DNA of 57,959 nucleotides from the NCBI GenBank assembly GCA_018398765.1, contig JAHBMJ010000063.1, positions 1 through 57,959 of the forward strand, given 5' to 3'. Below, in pieces: positions 26,294 to 39,461 of this stretch. Numbering within the stretch: the stretch's first letter is position 1; the number at the start of each line of letters is the position of its first letter. This stretch comes from Chromera velia. Lineage: Eukaryota. Below the pieces are notes generated by a model, which did not search any database, was not told the origin of the DNA, and saw nothing but the letters and a program-made list of their open reading frames with translations. Position numbers and translations under genes: made by a program.

Positions 26294-29200
26294 TCAAAGC
26301 CGATCACGAAGGTGACCAAGACCGTCTGCTAAAAGCAAACCAAAAGTGATGCGACGGATGTCACGCAAAAGAAAACCGCACTCCTGCAATTCTTTCCACA
26401 CACCATATAAAACTGCAACAAACAAAGAATCAGGACATAACAAAAAAAGAAACGCACGCAAAATATGAGAATGCAAAGTATCAAGAAGACGATGTGCAGG
26501 AACAGCTGATCGCGCATGAGCGTAGTGAGGAAAAGGAAGAGGAGCTTTCACTCTACCAACTAGTAAAGACATACGACAGCGATTGGGGTCCTTTGGCAAC
26601 AAAAACAAGCGGGTACAGCAGTCGCATAGACGAAGCTCAAACTGCAGAAAAGTATTCAAATTTTACTCCTCAAGCACACATTCAACAGCATAAAAATCCT
26701 TTCTGCAAAGACTTGCACATATGTGATCTTTTTCTAAAGTAAAGGGAAGGCGAGCAACTAGGAGCCGATCATCCATCCATCTTCGCACCACACGCTTACT
26801 GCCCGATAAGGAGCTAATCCCCCGGGCTGTGGCCTAATCATGTTCGACCAAAGCCGCACTTCCATTCGCAAGGGCTGGCGACAGAGGAGAGCCTTGTGCA
26901 AACCCCTGCCGCTGCCACACATGACGATTCCCAACAACCACAAAGCAGGTCGCAAAGTCCAACTTCACAAAATCCAGAATTTCGTTAAAAGAAAGTGCCC
27001 ATGCATTCTGGAACCGGCCGTGTGTTGAAAGAAAAGCTGTAGGCCGAGTGTAACCCTTGGGCGTCCACTTTCTCCCTCCTCTCCCCATGATTGTGGCAGA
27101 ATGAATCCGAACACCCCCAACAGAGGAGAAAGGCAATACCAAAAAAGAATACCGACGAGATGCGCGAAGCTCATCAAACACACAAGAAAGTAAATGAAGA
27201 ACCAATGCTCGGGGAATTGAAGGATAAAAGTTCTTAATATCCTCAACATGAACGAAGATCTGACTAAAATGCGAAACAGACGGTAACATCCTTCCCCGAA
27301 CAGCAGTAAAATGGGTGCATTTGATATTTCCTGACCCCCCATTAAATTTTCTGATGTCTCGCATAAAAGTAAACGGTGAAAACAAGGTCGCATCCAGACT
27401 TAAAGTGGAAAGCAATCCATTCAACAACCGACACACAATCGAAAAGGGCTTTCTCCATACGTGTCTTGCGTACGACACCAGTGGGCGCCACTTCAGTTCA
27501 GAGAGCTGTCTAAAGTGCCCGTCTCTAAACGATTTTGCTTTCAGCCACACAATTCCTCGCCCAAATGCATGACGCCCACGAGACTTTCTTCCCATTTTCT
27601 CCCCTAACTCCCCAATCCCTTTTCCTTTTCCAAAGAGCTTTTCTATTGCTTCTTCTTCCATCAACTGAGTATACAATACATAGTCAGGATTCTTTACAAA
27701 TAAATTCTCCACTGTATTTGTATAAACCTGAGGACATACAAAGAAAAGGTCCCCTCCTGACCGATCTAGCTGCCCAATGACTAATTTACTGCGCAAGTCT
27801 CTCACCACTGCTCTAGGTGGCACAGAGCAGAACCTCCAGGCCTGAGCTATAAAGAACGAAGAATTACTAAGGCAGTACGTTAATTCTTTCTTCTATTCAC
27901 GTTTCCTTTCTCCTGCTTCCTCCCCCCACTTCCGTCCCCACACCCTCGATCGAGCAAGCCTTTGGCTGAGTGTTGCTACTACACGGTCAGCAACCTCATT
28001 TATCGAAGGAATAAAACAAGATCGAGAGTTCCAATTCTCGGGAGTCGCAAACAGGCACTGCAAACCAGAGGCTGTCGACCACTTATCCACCACATGCCCC
28101 TCCACCAGGTGCAATCCGAACCTACGTCCAATGTCTGCATATGTGCACGGAACTGGCAGCAGCTCTCTCTCTGACCAACGTAAGCGCGCAGTTGCCTCTT
28201 TCTCATTTGAAAAGAGATCCCTGAGAGTCGTTCCCTTTTCCGCTCGCAAACGAAGAAACACCTTCTTTTTCCTTCTTATCCCTGCACCATCCCCCTCCGC
28301 TGCCCCATGCATGAACGAATCAAAAAATGAACGAATATACGAATGTAATACAACACGCATAGACTGGAAAGCAAATAAAGGAACGCGAATTTCCTGATAC
28401 CGCACTTACGCTCGGACCAAAGCCCAGTCGAATCCTTTTGCCTCACACAGCCAAGAGAGGTTGCTGACAAAAATAGATCGAAAGAACAAATCCGATGCCA
28501 CCCGAAGAAAACGAGAGTATAATACTACCACGTCCTCAAAAATCAATGATGTCTTTTTGAGCTGAGACGTTGGTCGGGCCTTACGGGCCAACCAAGCGTA
28601 AAACCACGTGCGGAACCAGTGTACCCCTGCCCCATGCCTTGCTCTCAGGCGATCTGCTTCTTCCTTGAATTGATTCCTCTGAGCTGTCTGAATGCTGTAA
28701 CCAGATAATGACGAAAAAAAACCGAAGGGAAGAAAAGAACGCATCCCTTCCCCTGCTCCCATCTTCCCGCGAATATTCAGGCTCGGTCTTATCGCATCAA
28801 TCAGGTGTAGCTCTACCGCATGCAATAAATGTTTATTCAAGTCCCCCCCCCCTGTCCGAATCCGACAAACAGGCAGCATAATGAATTCGTGCAAAGTCCT
28901 TTGATTCATAACTTCGTATAAGTCCCCCCCTGCCCCCTTCCTGGCCTTGCTGGTCCTTTTCCAATCTCCCTTTTGCAACTGTCACATGCCCATCCCATCT
29001 CAGTGATGGTACTGCCTGGGTTGAACCGAGATACAAACCACGCCGGAATGGAGAGAAAATAAGATATATGATGCCCCTCTCTGGTTCCATCAGCCCCTTT
29101 TGTACTCTTTCCCCGTATTTTCTGCACTGCTCAATCGCCCGACGGACGTGAAAAGCCCTCCGAGATAGATCTCTCCTCACCCATTCTGCAGACAGGTCAG

Positions 29201-31321
29201 CAAATACAATTTCTGCTGCTCTACGGACTCTTTTGTTCACGCTCTTCCTACGTATATCTCTATTGCTCGCCCTTCCATCCCATTCCGCTTTTATTGTAGA
29301 GATTCGATGATTACACCCCGTCATACTGACCTCGCTGATCTCTATATGCACCCTGCACTCACATTCTCTCCAATCGTCTCTATAAACTTCACACGTCACT
29401 TTCTTTTTCCCATCGTTCAAAATTGAAAGCACATCTCAAATCGAACTCAATTCAGCCAGAGCCAAAGAAAGAGGTAACTCCGTCGTTCTCCACCGATCAG
29501 GCCCACAGCGATCCCCTTCTCTTTTTCCGTCTCTCTCAATCTTATCTATCATCCTCAGCCACTCTCCTTCATTTGGCGGGATACGTAGAATCGGTCTACT
29601 TCCTACATTATTGTGTCTGCCTGCCCCACCCTGTTTCTCTCCCCTTTCATGCCCCCAATGTCCCTTCTTGCCCCCGGCCTCACTCACCTCAATTCGATCT
29701 GCTGCCTGCTTGGTGCCCTCATTTCCTTTTTCAGATCACCGCACTAGCTACCTTGAGCAGCTCTAGCGTCGCGACTGGGGGTCTCTCTGGGATGGAACAC
29801 ACGTCCACCCCTGCTTTCTTCATATAAGCAATAAGCCTACCCCTCACCTCTCCCTCGCTGAGCTCGGTACCGCCGTCCTTCATCGCAAACTGCTTCTATC
29901 TGACTGAGCAATTCATCTACTCCCTCTGCCACCTGCCTGTCCTGTTCGTCTGTCTCATCCGGAATGCGCGCACAGAGCTCGGCCCAGGCGACCTGATGAT
30001 ACTTGTATTCAGGAAGCGAGAGCGGGTCCCGCTCTCCGGACGGGGCTGCCCCCCCGACCTCTTCTCCCCCACCCTCTCCCCTTGGCGCTCTCCTTGCCGA
30101 GACGCGAGTCATGACTCGCGGGCCTGTCGTTCCATCCTTCCGAGGCCTCCCCGGCCCTCTCCTGAGCTTGGATGGTGACGGCCCATCTCCCTCCTCCGTA
30201 TCCTCTGCCTGCTGCTGCTGCTGCTACTGCTTCGGGCTTGACGCTCGCTTCTTTCCCCCCGTCCCCTCCTGGCCGGTACTGATGCCAAACGATGGGAGCT
30301 GGACAGAACCCCCCCCGGTTAGTACTTTCTTTGGGGTAAGCGGGGAGTCATCGCCTTGGATGACAACCGGTCGCCCGGCGTCTCCATGCCCAGCCGTCAG
30401 CCCCTTTTCCATCCCTGCACTCAGTACGCAGTGCCTATGACCCCCCTGCCACCCGTCTCCACGTAGAGGGAACTCAGCGTCCCCTGACTGCGGTCTGGCC
30501 CGGTATTCCTCTCCTGCTGCCTCTGCTGCACTGCCCCATAGTACCCCCCCATCCTCCGTTGGGCCAAAGAAGGCCCCTGTAGGATTCCACTTGCCATCTC
30601 CTCCCATCCTCTTGCTCTCTTCTCCCCTGTCTCCATCTATCCTACCCCGATCGGACCACCTTCCCTCTCTGCAGGCCTTCACGGCACTTTCGAGCACTGC
30701 TTTGACCTTTACCTCTTCATACTTGCATTCTTCCAGAATGGTATGAAGGCCCTGAAGCCCTGCCCTCAACACCGACTTAGCCCGCTCAGTGTCGTTTACA
30801 CATGCCTTTTTATACCCCCCCGGGTTGCTATTGTACGTCGGGTTCTTCTTGTTGAACGGACGAAACGCCCCCCTCATTGGATGGTATGCCCAGATCATGA
30901 AGATATTGAGCAGCTCGACACCTTTCGGATGTCCTTTGAAGACATCTCCAAACTCCGGATAGAACAAATCTGATTGCTCTTGCTTGCAGGCAGTTGGAAA
31001 CCACCTACGAGCCACGTTTTCATACAGACGTTCTGGCTGAAATGTCTGAATGACTTTCCCTTGACCCTTGAGAGCCCTGTGCATGCTCTCCAGCTGAGCA
31101 AACGAAGTATACGTCACTAGGTATTGCCCCTGCCCCTCCAACACATTTTTGAAATTGTACACTTTCACCGATCGTTCCGTTTCTGTACTCATGGGACGCA
31201 ACTCGACAAACATGCTGCCTCCAGGCATCCTCCCAAAGCCTCTTCCTCTACCTCCACTCTCTCCACCACTGACGGGAAACCCACTCATTGGAAGAGACAA
31301 CAGAACGACAATCGAAATCAA
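26294..31321 (-). pseudogene. Disrupted PLE polyprotein: N-terminal extension (polyQ, AT-hook), GIY-YIG endonuclease, CxC linker, reverse transcriptase
   Basis: GIIYLIFSPFRRGLYLGST...RWDGH (~29075-28990), then LYEVM...ELHLIDAIRPSLN (~28920-28775) after a frameshift. RT motif A EDIKNFYPSIP (~27245-27210), motif B' QGFAQGSPLSPALAN (~26910-26865), motif C RWMDD (~26783-26769). Several in-frame stops and two frameshifts. Confidence 0.85.
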
Positions 31322-32018
31322 TCAATCAACCAATCCACTCGATCCACCGTTGCCAATGCCAAAGCCAAAGCAATTGCCTTACTGATGCTTCGGTGATACT
31401 GCAACCAACGCTTCTATTACAGGTATGAGGTCGCGATCAAATTGCATTGATCAACTGTATTTTCTGACTTTCATGCACCCTGTCAGACGTTTGTGGAGTG
31501 TCAGCTTTCAACATCCTCTGCAGAAAGTGAAAAGATCGAGCGGTTTCGATCCAAAGGGCCTGCATGCGAATTGTCGAAATCATAGGCAAAGTGCACATTA
31601 ATCTTGGATGGCCTATGCATGCTAACTCACACAAATGCATGCCAATGCCACAAAAACAAATGTATGACATGCTGCGGACGAAAGCAAAACAGAGGTGCAC
31701 GGTAGCTGTGTTGGGTGGTCGCCATGCAGACCGATCAGTCGCAGTGGCCAAGGTTTTTCCCTAAAGGACAATGCAAGTCTGCATGCTTGCAAGGGTTTTT
31801 AGTCTAGGACCACTCTAGGATGCGACAGATTCGAACGGCCTAGGTAGAATGCATAGGGGTGGGAGACTCCTGTACAGAAGATGCCCTGCAAGCCGCAGCC
31901 CCGCAGGCCGAGAGTCTGCCACAATACAATACAATGGTGCGTGCCCGCCCTTCACCATGCGCCAACCGATATAAAATTGCAGCCGCCCTAAGTGCAGCTA
32001 CAAAACTCAAATTCTCCT

Positions 32019-34395
32019 TCAAAGCCGATCGCGAAGGTGACCAAGACCGGCTGCTAAAAGCAAATCAAAAGTGATGCGACGGATGTCACGCAAAAGAAAA
32101 CCACACTCTTACAATTCTTTCCATATACCATATAAAACTGCAACAAACAAAGAATCAGGACATAACGAAAAAAGAAACGCACGCAAAATATGAGAACACA
32201 AAGTGTCAAGAAGACGATGTGCAGGAACAGCTGATCGCACATGAGCGTAGTGAGGAAAAGGAAGAGGAGCTTTCACTCTACCAACTAGTAAAGACATACG
32301 ACAGCGATTGGGGTCCTTTGGCAATAAAAACAAGCGGGTACAGCAGTCGCATAGACGAAGCTCAAACTGCAGAAAAGTATTCAAATTTTACTCCTCAAAC
32401 ACACATTCAACAGCATAAAAATCCTTTCTGCAAAGACTTGCACATATGTGATCTTTTTCTAAAGTAAAGGGAAGGCGAGCAACTAGGAGCCGATCATCCA
32501 TCCATCTTCACACCACACGCTTACTGCCCGATAAGGAGCTAATCCCCCGGGCTGTGGCCTAATCATGTTCGACCAAAGCCGTACTTCCATTCGCAAGGGC
32601 TGGCGACAGAGGAGAGCCTTGTGCAAACCCCTGCCGCTGCCACACATGACGATTCCCAACAACCACAAAGCAGGTCGCAAAGTCTAACTTCACAAAATCC
32701 AGAATTTCGTTAAAAGAAAGTGCCCATGCATTCTGGAACCGGCCGTGTGTTGAAAGAAAAGCTATAGGCCGAGTGTGACCTTTGGGCATCCACTTTCTCC
32801 CTCCTCTCCCCATGATTGTGGCAGAATGAATCCAAACACCCCCAACAGAGGAGAAAGGCAATACCAAAAAAGAATACCGACGAGATGCGCGAAGCTCATC
32901 AAACACACAAGAAAATAAATGAAGAACCAATGCTCGGGGAATTGAAGGATAAAAGTTCTTAATGTCCTCGACATGAATGAAGATCTGACTAAAATGTGAA
33001 ACAGACGGTAACATCCTTCCCTGAACAGCAGTAAAATGGGTGCATTCGATATCTCCCAACCCCCCATTAAATTTTTCGATGTCTCGCATAAAAGTAAACG
33101 GTGAAAACAAGGTTGCATGCGGACTTAAAGTGGAAAGCAATCCATTCAACAACTGACACACAATCGAAAAGGGCTTTCTCTATGCGTGTCTCGCGTACGA
33201 CACTAGTGGGCGCCACTTCAGTTCAGAGAGCTGTCTAGGGTGCCCGTCTCTAAACGATTTTGCTTTCAGCCATACAATCCCTCGCCCAAATGCATGACGC
33301 CTACGAGACTTTCTTCCCATTTTCTCCCCTAACTCCCCAATCCCTTTTCCTTTTCCAAAGAGCTTTTCTACTGCTTCTTTTTCCATCAACTGAGTACACA
33401 ATCTATAGTTAGGATTCTTTACAAATAAATTCTCCACTGCATTTGTAAAAACCTGAAGACACACAAAGAAAAGGTCCCCTCCTGACCGATCCAGCTGCCC
33501 AATGACTAATTTACTGCGCAAGTCTCTCACCACTGCTCTAGGTGGCACAGAGCAGAACCTCCAGGCCTGAGCTATAAAGAACGAAGAATTACTAAGGCAG
33601 TACATTAATTCTTTCTTCTATTCACGTTTGCTTTCTCCTGCTTCCTCCCCCCACTTCCGTCCCCACACCCTCGATCGAGCAAGCCTTTGGCTGAGTGTTG
33701 CTACTACACGGTCAGCGACCTCATTTATCGAAGGAATAAAACGAGATCGAGAGTTCCAATTCTCGGGAGTCGCAAACAGGTGCTGCAAACCAGAGGCTGT
33801 CGACCACTTATCCACCACATGCCCCTCCACCAGGTGCAACCCGAACCTACGTCCAATGTCTGCACATGTGCACGGAACTGGCAGCAGCTCTCTCTCTGAC
33901 CAACGTAAGCGTGCAGTTGCCTCTTTCTCATTTGAAAAGAGATCCCTGAGAGTCGTTCCCTTTTCCGCTCGCAAACGAAGAAACACCTTCTTTTTCCTTC
34001 TTACCCCTGCACTACCCCCCTCCGCTGCCCCATGCATGAACGAATCAAAAAATGAACGAATACACGAATGTAATACAACACGCATAGACTGGAAAGCAAA
34101 TAAAGGAACGCGAATTTCCTGATACCGCACTTGTGCTCGGACCAAAGCCCAGTCGAATCCTTTTGCCTCACACAGCCGAGAGAGGTTGCTGACAAAAATA
34201 GATCGAAAGAACAAATCCGATGCCACCCGAAGAAAACGAGAGTATAATGCCACCACGTCCTCAAAAATCAATGATGTCTTTTTGAGCTGAGACGTTGGTC
34301 GGGCCTTACAGGCCAACCAAGCGTAAAACCACGTACGGAACCAGTGCACCCCTGCCCCATGCCTTGCTCTCAGGCGATCTGCATCTTCCTTGAAT
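32019..34395 (-). pseudogene. Second, 5'-truncated copy of the PLE linker plus RT
   Basis: Same RT motifs (EDIKNFYPSIP, QGFAQGSPLSPALAN, WMDD) and an intact PCTC linker motif (~33862-33874). Extra stops (TGG>TAG ~33180, CAG>TAA ~32110). Confidence 0.85.
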
Positions 34396-34899
34396 GACGA
34401 TAATGATCAGAATAAAAAAAAATTATTTTAAAGCTGTTTTACAATAACTTGGCTAATTAGTATACTTTAATGAATCAATAACAATAAAAAACGATATCAT
34501 AGGATAGACTCTGACTGTAGTCTTTGAGCTATAGACCCTGAGTGAAACCTGATCGATTAATTTTTTTTTTTAATCATCTTTTAAACATAAAAAAAAAGTC
34601 AATATATAGTTGACTAAGAATAACTCAGATCGAGCGGAAGATATTTAATTTGTTCAATAATATCCATTGGTATGTGGTCGTCCTTTTTTTAATACTGACT
34701 TATCACTCTCAACTTTAAATGCAAAGTGTATCAAAGTGTTAAAAACTTTTAATTCATCTATTTATCCCAACAGAATTTTTTTAGGAATTTTTATCATTAT
34801 AAGGTATGTTCTTGTGAAGCATTTTTAGCACTGATCCCTGCAACCGACTCTGCCAGCTGTGCTCATTCCGAGTCATTCGTTTGCAAGTAGATCATTCAT

Positions 34900-35941
34900 T
34901 TATTGCCCACTTTCCTCTAGCCTTTCCAACCTTCCAACATCTACCAGAGGTTCTTCCAATTTTGCTTTCAAGAGAAGAATTTGGTCATCCTGCACACCCA
35001 GACTCAGCCACACACACACATACACACACAGGGGGGGCAGAGGTTCACGATACACCCTACCGTTTCTGCATTAACTCATCGTTGAGAGACTGGAGGACAC
35101 ACACATGCCGAAATCCCCGCATTTTACTACAAAGGGAGAGGGGGAGAGAGAAGGNNNNNNNGGCGGGAGAGGGAGAGGGAGAGTGAGACGGAGAGGGAGA
35201 GAGAGAGAGACGGAGAAAGAGAGAAAGAGCTGGCGGGAGGGAGGAAGGGAGAGAGAGAGAGATGCCCACGCACCTCGCTCCTTGCCCGCCGCCACTGCCA
35301 GTATCCCATGCTGACGGGCTTGAGACCCAACGCCTTCAAATTCCTGCAGGCAAAGGGCCAACCAACCCAAGAGGGATAAATGGGCTTGCAAAGGGGCAGA
35401 GAAACGGTACGTGGAGGAGGCTCGACGAGGACAGTCGGAGAAAACAACTCACGCCAACTTCTTGCTTACTCGCTCACCCACCCACTTTCTCTTGCTCACT
35501 GACTCACTCACGGATTCAGCCACTATCTCTACAATTAACACTCACACCCCCACACACCCTCTCACACACACGCGCGCGTGACACAAATTAAATAAAAACT
35601 CAGGTACACAAGTACGCCCCCCCTCTCTCATCTGCCCACTGAACGAAGACGCATGCAGACGCCCCCCAATTGCCGATAGCGCGTGCTGTCCCCCCCCCAC
35701 CTGTGCTTCAGTGCCCGCGTGACGGGACGGCTGACGGCGTCCACTTCCAGCACAATCCCGGTCTCCTCGTCCAGAAAGTCTAGGTAGTATGGCCCTACTC
35801 AGAGGCACACGTGTCAATACATGCACATGCACACATGCACACATGCACACATACCCACACACGAACACACACACACACGAACACACACACTTTTACATAC
35901 ACACGTACACACACACACACACACACACATACCCACACACA

Positions 35942-35977
<36 letters not shown>

Positions 35978-36589
35978 AAGCGTTGTGTGTTCATTCATAT
36001 TCGTCCGTACGCACACAAACTCATGCGCTGTCTTCTCTCTTTGCAGTCACTTTGGCTGTTGTCGACAAGCCGACTTCTTGTCCAATCCATCAGCGGATCC
36101 ATCTGATTGAAAGCAAATTCATCCACGAGACACACACTGCATGTGAGCAATCACAATCTTGAAAGCGAGAGTGTTGAAGTTTAAAATCGAGACATGACAG
36201 CCGTTCTTTGACAAATGGACCGATCGAGAATAAAAGAAGCACTGCGTCCCTTGTTTCATCTGTAAATTGGTGAAGAGTTGCGTCGAGAAAAGAAGGTTCT
36301 TTTCGGCACTGCCCGCAGCGCAGCAACACTGTCCCCCTGACTCTCACTTTGCTNATGCACACATGCACACATGCACACATGCACACATGCACACATGCAC
36401 ACATGCACACATGCACACATGCACACATGCACACATGCACACATGCACACATGCACACATGCACACATGCACACATGCACACATGCACACATGCACACAT
36501 ACCCACACACGAACACACACACACACGAACACACACACTTTTACATACACACGTACACACACACACACACACACACATACCCACACACA

Positions 36590-36627
<38 letters not shown>

Positions 36628-39019
36628 AAGCGTTGTGTGTTCATTCATATTCGTCCGTACGCACACAAACTCATGCGCTGTCTTCTCTCTTTGCAGTCAC
36701 TTTGGCTGTTGTCGACAAGCCGACTTCTTGTCCAATCCATCAGCGGATCCATCTGATTGAAAGCAAATTCATCCACGAGACACACACTGCATGTGAGCAA
36801 TCACAATCTTGAAAGCGAGAGTGTTGAAGTTTAAAATCGAGACATGACAGCCGTTCTTTGACAAATGGACCGATCGAGAATAAAAGAAGCACTGCGTCCC
36901 TTGTTTCATCTGTAAATTGGTGAAGAGTTGCGTCGAGAAAAGAAGGTTCTTTTCGGCACTGCCCGCAGCGCAGCAACACTGTCCCCCTGACTCTCACTTT
37001 GCTCGACGCGCGTTTGGACTCCGAGATTCTTTTTGATTGCACATGCATGTGGGTATTTGTATTTGTGTGTGTGTGCATGAAGGTAGCTGCGCTTACCTCT
37101 GCGCGCATTTCGAGTCCATGGTAGCTTGAACTTCCCCCTAAGAAGGTCTGTGACCATGGCGACCTCAGCAAACATCTTCAGAGACTCTGTTTTCTCCTGC
37201 TCCAGGCGATCTGCGGGCAGGCAGGAGATGGTTGATCCTGCCTGATGTTTATACGGTAATATCATGTATCCGAATTCGTCAAGTTCTGGGTCCGCATAGG
37301 AATCCACTCTTCGCTTCCAGGTCTTTGTGGAACATCTCGTGCTCCAGACGGGGAGCGCAAAGGCACGCATCGTGTGTCAAATTAAGGCACTCATTCCATG
37401 CTCTTTCAAGGCACTCATCCCATGTGATGTGAAGGCACCCATCTCATGCGGGCTCAGGGCACCCATTCTTTGTTCATTCAAGGCACTCATCCCCCAATTA
37501 TTTAAGACGCTCCTTCACCTACCGCATTCATCGCACGCCCCCCTCCAGAGAGAGGGGATCTCTACTCGTGGCAACCTTTCTCTCAGCTCCTCCACCTCGT
37601 AGCAGGAGAGTACCTCAGAGAGCTTCATTAGAACCATGCTGCAAGTAAGTGCGGAACACAGAAAGAAATTAACGATGCAAACAGACAGACAGACAATCTG
37701 GCAGGGCCACAACTCCATGCAGCTTGATGCAATCGCTCAGTTTTCTTTCTCTCTCGCTTGCCGCACCCCCTCTCCAGACCATAAAGCGCACAGAGAAGAC
37801 AGTAAAGAAGTGGTCACACAATCAATCCAAAGGTTCGATCGGCTTTGAATTCAGACCTGCATGTGTTTTTGATTTTTCCCGCATCTTTCTCATTGCCATT
37901 CTGCAGACTGGCTGTTCTTGTATATATGAATCCGATGTTGCATGCAAGTCCATGCCGATGGGTATCGTTTGTTGATGTATGAATAGCTCAAGACCTGTGT
38001 ACATGCATGTGCGGATACGTACGTACCGGTTTTTTGTGACTGGACTCGAGAGGACCCTCTGGAGAGCGGTCTTGAAGGCCTCCGGATTCTCTTTGTAGAG
38101 CTCAAACACGCACATCGCATGCAGAAAGTCAACCTGCGGATTGATTCAATGAGTACAACAAACACAAGACAGAGAGAGTGGCAGACAGAGAGACAGACAG
38201 ACAGACAGTCACGGCTTTTGTTTCTTCGTTTTCAATTCTCTTCACAGGGAGACAGGGAGATTCAACGATTTTTTTTTTTCTTTTCTTCTTCTCTCCGTGA
38301 AAAGAGCCCACCAACCAACCGACCAGCCAGCCTGCCAAGCAGGCAGACACCAGACAGTTTGAGCAGTAGTTTTTGCGTTGGCCTGTTCTGATTTATTCAA
38401 AAGATTTTTCTTTTTTTTTCATGAAATCTCTCACCCTGTGTGCCGACAGAGAAATTGGCAACTCGAATACCCAAAAGTCGAGCCGAAAGGATCAGAAACC
38501 TGCCGACCAGACAGACCATGAAAGAACATGCAAACAAAAATGCCTACCTGGCTGATTGACTGGCCGACTGACTGAGTGACAGACTGGCTGAGTAACTAGG
38601 TGACTGGCTGACTGACTGACAGACAGATGAGACGCGGGATGAAGGTGAACATGTATCCAGGAGGAATTGTCTATGCATGAATGTTTTCATCGTCAGCTAA
38701 CCCGACACATGGGCAGGCAACGCAGGCTTACCAAAGGAAGAATGGACCTGCACTGCTGCGAAGCGAACTGATCCACCAACTTTCCGAGCAGCTCCTCGTT
38801 CTCTCCGTAGTCCAACATCGCCATTGTGTGCAACAACTGCAAGCCAAAGGATTAAGCACCATCACAGTGCATAGGCATATCTGTGTACACATACATGCAT
38901 GCATGTGCATGACATCAGAAGCTTTGTCTTCTCTGCACAATCCTGCATTTTCATGAGCAAAAAGTGCAATTGAAGATGGATGTTTCTACATACGCACACA
39001 TACGCACACAGACACACAC

Positions 39020-39092
<73 letters not shown>

Positions 39093-39411
39093 CAGAAAGT
39101 CCTTTTTGTTTTGACAGATTGACCGCACATTCTCGTTTGCCTCTCGTCGTCCGTTTCTCCCGACAGTGAGTCAGTGAGTCAGTCAGACAAGCAGAGACTA
39201 GACAGGAAGGAAGTAAAATAGGACCTTGGCACAGACAGAGAACAAAGAGAGGCCCACGTCAGCAGTCTGCACCGGTCCCAGAGAGCCAATGTGCGGAGCG
39301 AGGGCGTCGAGCACTTCCTCTAGATTCTGGACGGTCAGGAAACGAAGACGTGCGAGAGAGTACGCAACTCGGATCTGCACATTGCAAAACACACACGCAC
39401 GCACGCACACA

Positions 39412-39461
<50 letters not shown>

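Larger units (their letters stand above)
25950..34395 (-). mobile_element. Penelope-like retroelement with N-terminal GIY-YIG (Naiad/Chlamys-type), partial tandem: near-full copy 25950-31439 plus 5'-truncated copy 31440-34395
   Basis: Direct repeats: 25950-~26209 matches 31440-~31699, and ~26210-28670 matches ~31935-34395. GIY-YIG, CxC and RT motifs occur in that order. A partial tandem (pseudo-LTR) arrangement is characteristic of PLEs. Both flanks are AT-rich. Confidence 0.85.

Noticed and set aside
26834..27823. Host telomerase (TERT) gene
   Set aside because: Intronless, duplicated in partial tandem, linked to GIY-YIG and disrupted by stops. This fits a PLE, the sister group of TERT.
31755..31770. 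Telomeric repeat or telomerase-RNA template (CCCTAAA)
   Set aside because: A single 7-mer with no array or extended template, expected by chance.
35789..36812. His/Thr-rich and Cys/Val-rich ORFs
   Set aside because: Products of (CA)n and (ACACATGC)n repeats, not proteins.
35821..37003. Apparent intronic segmental duplication as a biological event
   Set aside because: The copies look essentially identical and meet at an N beside a microsatellite, so an assembly or scaffolding artefact is likely. Long reads are needed.
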